A stretch of DNA of 55,145 bases, counting the filler, from Bipalium vagum (lineage: Eukaryota), in NCBI GenBank assembly GCA_037834085.1. It is 2 parts of 2 records of this genome, joined end to end, with 100 filler letters (N's around TTAATTAATTAA, not from the genome) between each part and the next. Parts side by side here need not be neighbours in the genome. Positions count along the whole stretch, not along the records: positions 30,002 to 55,145 come from JBBMKC010196720.1; 1 more part is not named here. One strand, given 5' to 3'. The notes beneath the pieces were generated by a model. It had not been told where the DNA came from. It saw nothing but the letters and a program-made list of their open reading frames with translations, and made no database searches. Of this stretch, positions 50,801 to 55,145 are shown piece after piece. Each line of letters starts with the position of its first letter. Position 1 is the stretch's first letter. The translations under genes were made by a program, and so were the position numbers.

Positions 50801-53800
50801 ACCTCTTTTGATCCTTCATAAAACAAGTTTAAAATAATGATATCCTTTCCAATGAAAGATAATAAAATCTAATTTTGACATACAAGTTATTAAATTGATT
50901 TAAATGAGAGCTTTTAATAATTTTAGTTTCAGTTAACTACTTAAAATTTCATGACTCTATTTTAGAAATCTTTAAAAATTAATTAATTTAAAAAAAATTA
51001 ATTAATTAATTTAATAAATAATTTTTAAATTATGAAATAAAATTAATATCAAAAAATATTATTTTGAGCTTTTTAATGTTAAAATATTTTAAATGCCAAT
51101 AATAAATAAGAAAAAGGAAATCATTTTTCTATGATCTTAGATAAAATCAATATTTATCAATTATGCAAATTAATCTTTAGATTAGATAAATAAGTTATAC
51201 GTTTTCCTTTGGAAATTTTTATAGTTTAATTTAATAAACTAATATCTTTATTTTCTTAATATATAAAATTAAATAAATATTTTGATTTTGAATCGGCTCT
51301 TTGTGAAAGATTCTTCAAAATTTAATTATTAATTTATTAATATAAATTTTATATTAAATAAATATCTTGTTCACATAAAGATTATTTAAAACAAATAATT
51401 TTTTGTTAATGTAAAGTATTGTTAAAAAGAATTTAAATTCTAAAAAACCATTATTTAATTAGGAATAATAATAGAAAATGTTGGCAGTTTTTTTATTGGA
51501 ACTCAAACAGTCTTAAATTGATCGTTTTTAAAAATTACTTTTAAAAATATAAAATTTATAAATTCATTTTCTTTTAGTAACTTATGTTAAATTTTAAATA
51601 TTTTGTTTTGTTTTAAATATAAATCACTATTATGATTATCTAAAGTCTTCACAAGTTTTTGTCAAAACTCTGTGTTAATAATAATAATAATAATACTTAT
51701 AATTCAGTAAAGTGGCCGAATTGTTATCGAAAACTCCCAAATATCGGACATGATTAATTATTATTCAGAAGAAATAGGATGAAAATGACGATATATCTTT
51801 TTAAAAATTGTAAATGGAGATAAAGTCAGTTATCATTGAATATTTTTGGTATTTCTTAAGAGAACGGATCGATTAGATTATCAAAATACGGATTTTAATT
51901 ATTCACTTTGATCATTAGCCCTTTCTGTGAATATCTTTTTTTAAAAAACAGTTATAATAATAAATATAAAAATTATAAATTTATTTCTTTTATTTGTACG
52001 CGGTACTTTCATAATGTTTTTTCATAAAACTTTTTGTGTCTTACATGTATTATAATTATGACAAGTGCTTTCTTGTGGTCATATCAACTAGAACTGAAAA
52101 GTAAAGGTTTAAAAATCCGGACAATGCTATATTTTTTGCAATATGTACCATGGGTGAAACAGCATTCCTAACATCAAATCACACAGTTTTGGTAAGATTG
52201 TGGTAATTCTAACTTACTACAGATACCGACAGAATAATATAAAATACAATAATCGATAGGTACACAAGTCTAGATGTACCAATTATTGTATAAAAATTAG
52301 AAAAATAAATGATGTACTAAAAGTGACAATAAAATAATCTAGAGATTTATGTTATTTATTAATATAAGCTGTATTTAATATTAAAACTTGTCAGTCCAAT
52401 CTTTCTCTTGTGATGTCTCATTCTCGCAATATGGTATACTTAAAGGTTAACTTTATGATATTATTTTAATCCGAAGGTTTTTGATAGATTTCAACATTAA
52501 TAATGTTGAATAAATCGAATTTTATGTTCATCACAGAAAAAAGAGAAACTTCATCAGATAACTTTTGAAATAAAATCGCGGTATGATATTACAGGATGTT
52601 TAATGTTCAACCGGAAATAATATTTTAAGTTGAAATTAGTATTTGTATTTTACATTGTCCGGTTTAGAAAATTTAGAAATCAGTCCTTTTTATTTCAATT
52701 AAAAATTATTTTTAATGCAGTCTTGTCGAAAACGATATTTTTAAATATGTATCAGGTTGTCCATAAAGTCTTTGATTTTTCACTATAACATCAAAAGTCA
52801 TGTTTGTAGATAGAGATCATTTTATTATAACAAATTTTGACCATTTTGTTTAGCAATGAGTTGTCATCTATCATGTACTTTCATTATTTCATCATAATTT
52901 TTCTTATTTGTCCTACTAAAAGTACAATCTTGTTTAAAAAGTTTTTTAAATACTAAAAGTTTTCCGAATTAGAGTTTTTTATAAAGACATAATCTGCTCT
53001 TCTAATATTAGTGACTTTACTAAGGGTGTGGTAGAACAACTCAGCCAAATTCACCAATTAAACAAGTGGTCAAAGAAGTGTTAAAACGAATTTGTCATTT
53101 CTGGACAATTTTGATGCAAGAAATTGCTTATTTTTTGTTATTTTCCGCAAAAACAAAAATATCTGTATATACTTGCACTAGTCTCACGACGAAATTTAAA
53201 TGATCACGATGATCCTTTAAATACTTCGTCTGCCTAAGACCTATAATAATAATAAGCACGACAATTATTGGAAAATGATTGGATAAAAATGGAACTCAGA
53301 CAATCAAATCAATATGGTACAGTTAAGCGAAATGAGCAATAATGCAATGAAACAGCAATATTTGATAACCTCTTTGGATAGAGTTTCCTTATAATAGCCA
53401 GTGAATATTGTGTAATTCTTGTTAATTCTTCAAGATTTTAAGCTTAATTATCGAAATCATTGAATCTCTTTCCATCAACTAAAACTCCAGTAATTTAAGG
53501 AACTAGTCGAAATTCTCTTTTAAAGAAAGGAAAAAGTCTACCAACTTAATTATTTCAATATAACTTCAATCCTTTTATTATAATCAAAAATCATAATAGT
53601 TTTTCAATAAATAATCTAAACTTATTCTATTGACGGTTCAGTTTGCTTTAATCAAAATTGTAATCAAGAATCGTATCAATAATTATCAACAACCAAAATC
53701 ATGGATCACTTTAACAATCATTGTATTTTAGTTGGATACCATAAATAATATAAAGTAGAATGATAAAGTAACAATATATACTAAAATAACTAAGGGACAT

Positions 53801-54973
53801 GCACCCACCTTTTGTAAATCTGACGCTATTTTTTTTTTCAAAATAACTTTTTCAATAAATCATTGAAACAACCGTTGCGTTTTTATGCTAAAAGTTATTT
53901 TAAACAGTCTATTTCTCATCACCTGCGATCAGGAGATTTGTTTTGATTAAGTCTAAGAAGCATGTTAAAAATGTTGATACGCTAAGTTTAATGAAAGTTC
54001 AGTTTAGATGGAATCAACTATCAAGCCTTTAGCTATATTCAAGGTTTTTCAGGTAGTGTTTAATAGATACTCTGATTTAATTCAACTTCTTACCGATCTC
54101 AAGAATGACAATGTTTCGTTCAGTTTCAATTATGGTCTTTATTTGACCAACCAGAAGACAATAAAAGTTGAAAGGAAAAATTCAGAGAACCAATATTTCC
54201 AAAGCACATTTATCAATTAATTTCTAACACTACATCATTGCTATGAACTTCACTGAGTTTTCGATGTTTCTAAAGTTCTTAAACATATCATGAAAAATGT
54301 TTATTTTCATTTTTCCATTACTAAAATTTATGTAACAAAAATGTACCAATTATTGCTCTCTTAACAGAAAAATTCATTAATAACTTTCATAAGAAAAAAC
54401 AAAAATCTTTTCGGTCAACCTAATAATTGAAAATAATGTTTGTTAATAATGTTATACGTTAAAATCAAAAACACAATAATTAATTTGATAAAAACACCTT
54501 TTTTACTTTTCCTGCAAACTTAACACTAACTTTATTCGACCAACGAACATGATTATTTTATTTTGATCAACTTAAGTTTTCGCTTAAGTGTTCATATTTT
54601 TTGTCAAAGATATTTAAAACTGAATAATGTAAGTCAGTTAATTACTCTGAATTAAGAGAGAGGTGTTTATACATTAATTATGTAGTCTTTGACCAAAGGT
54701 CAAAGACCTACTCCTACTGGCGTTATTTCGTAGAATGCATTTTGGGACGAAAAGATTGTGAACTTACTGTATTACTAATGTGGACAAAAAGTAAGGTTTC
54801 CAGATTGACTTTCTATTCATGAAATAATCATGTTTAATATTGCTTTTCCATATCATATATTAATTAAAAAAATGATAAAAAAGTAGTAGATTTAACAATC
54901 ATCAATAATTAACACAGGTGGCAAAATATTTAGCATTATAATGCTATTGAGTTTACAGATAAAACGAGATATA

Positions 54974-55145
54974 CAGTACCTGCAAAAAGTATTCGTATGA
55001 TCACTTAATTTCTAAAATAGTTAGATTTATGAAGCACTATGACAAAATATTGAAAAATAATTTTAATATAATTGTTCAATATTTAGGGTATCAAATTTAA
55101 CCTGACTCCAAAATCTTAGGTGGTGCAAATCAAAACAATCAGTAA
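54974..55145. mobile_element. Terminus of a Tc1-like element running off the window
   Basis: TA followed by CAGTACCTGCAAAAAGTATTCG, a typical Tc1 CAGT-starting TIR. Confidence 0.45.

Noticed and set aside
52750-54425. Very old mariner bounded by TIR-like ends (TCAGGTTGTCCATAAAG / TTTCGGTCAACCTAA)
   Set aside because: The ends match each other weakly and I could not read convincing transposase motifs between them.

Overview
Very AT-rich eukaryotic (animal) genomic DNA, from a scaffolded assembly with two N gaps. I see no intact protein-coding gene. Most of the window is a graveyard of decayed, partly nested DNA transposons: mariner, Tc1, IS630-like, DUF4817-type Tc1/mariner, hAT/Buster, MULE-, Sola- and pogo-like remnants, a Merlin-type MITE, a fold-back mariner MITE and a probable Penelope-like fragment. 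The one clearly functional element is a microRNA gene, mir-10, on the + strand at about 34.26-34.34 kb. Its mature arm (AACCCUGUAGAUCCGAGUUUGA) resembles the flatworm form. It has a star arm, a basal stem and the UG, UGU and CNNC processing motifs. It lies in an island of about 5-6 kb with no recognisable transposon, which also holds a promoter-like CA/GT-rich region and candidate splice sites of a non-coding host transcript. mir-10 is normally embedded in the Hox cluster, but no homeobox is visible in this window. Transposon boundaries without clear TIRs are approximate, and all family assignments come from motif recognition by eye.
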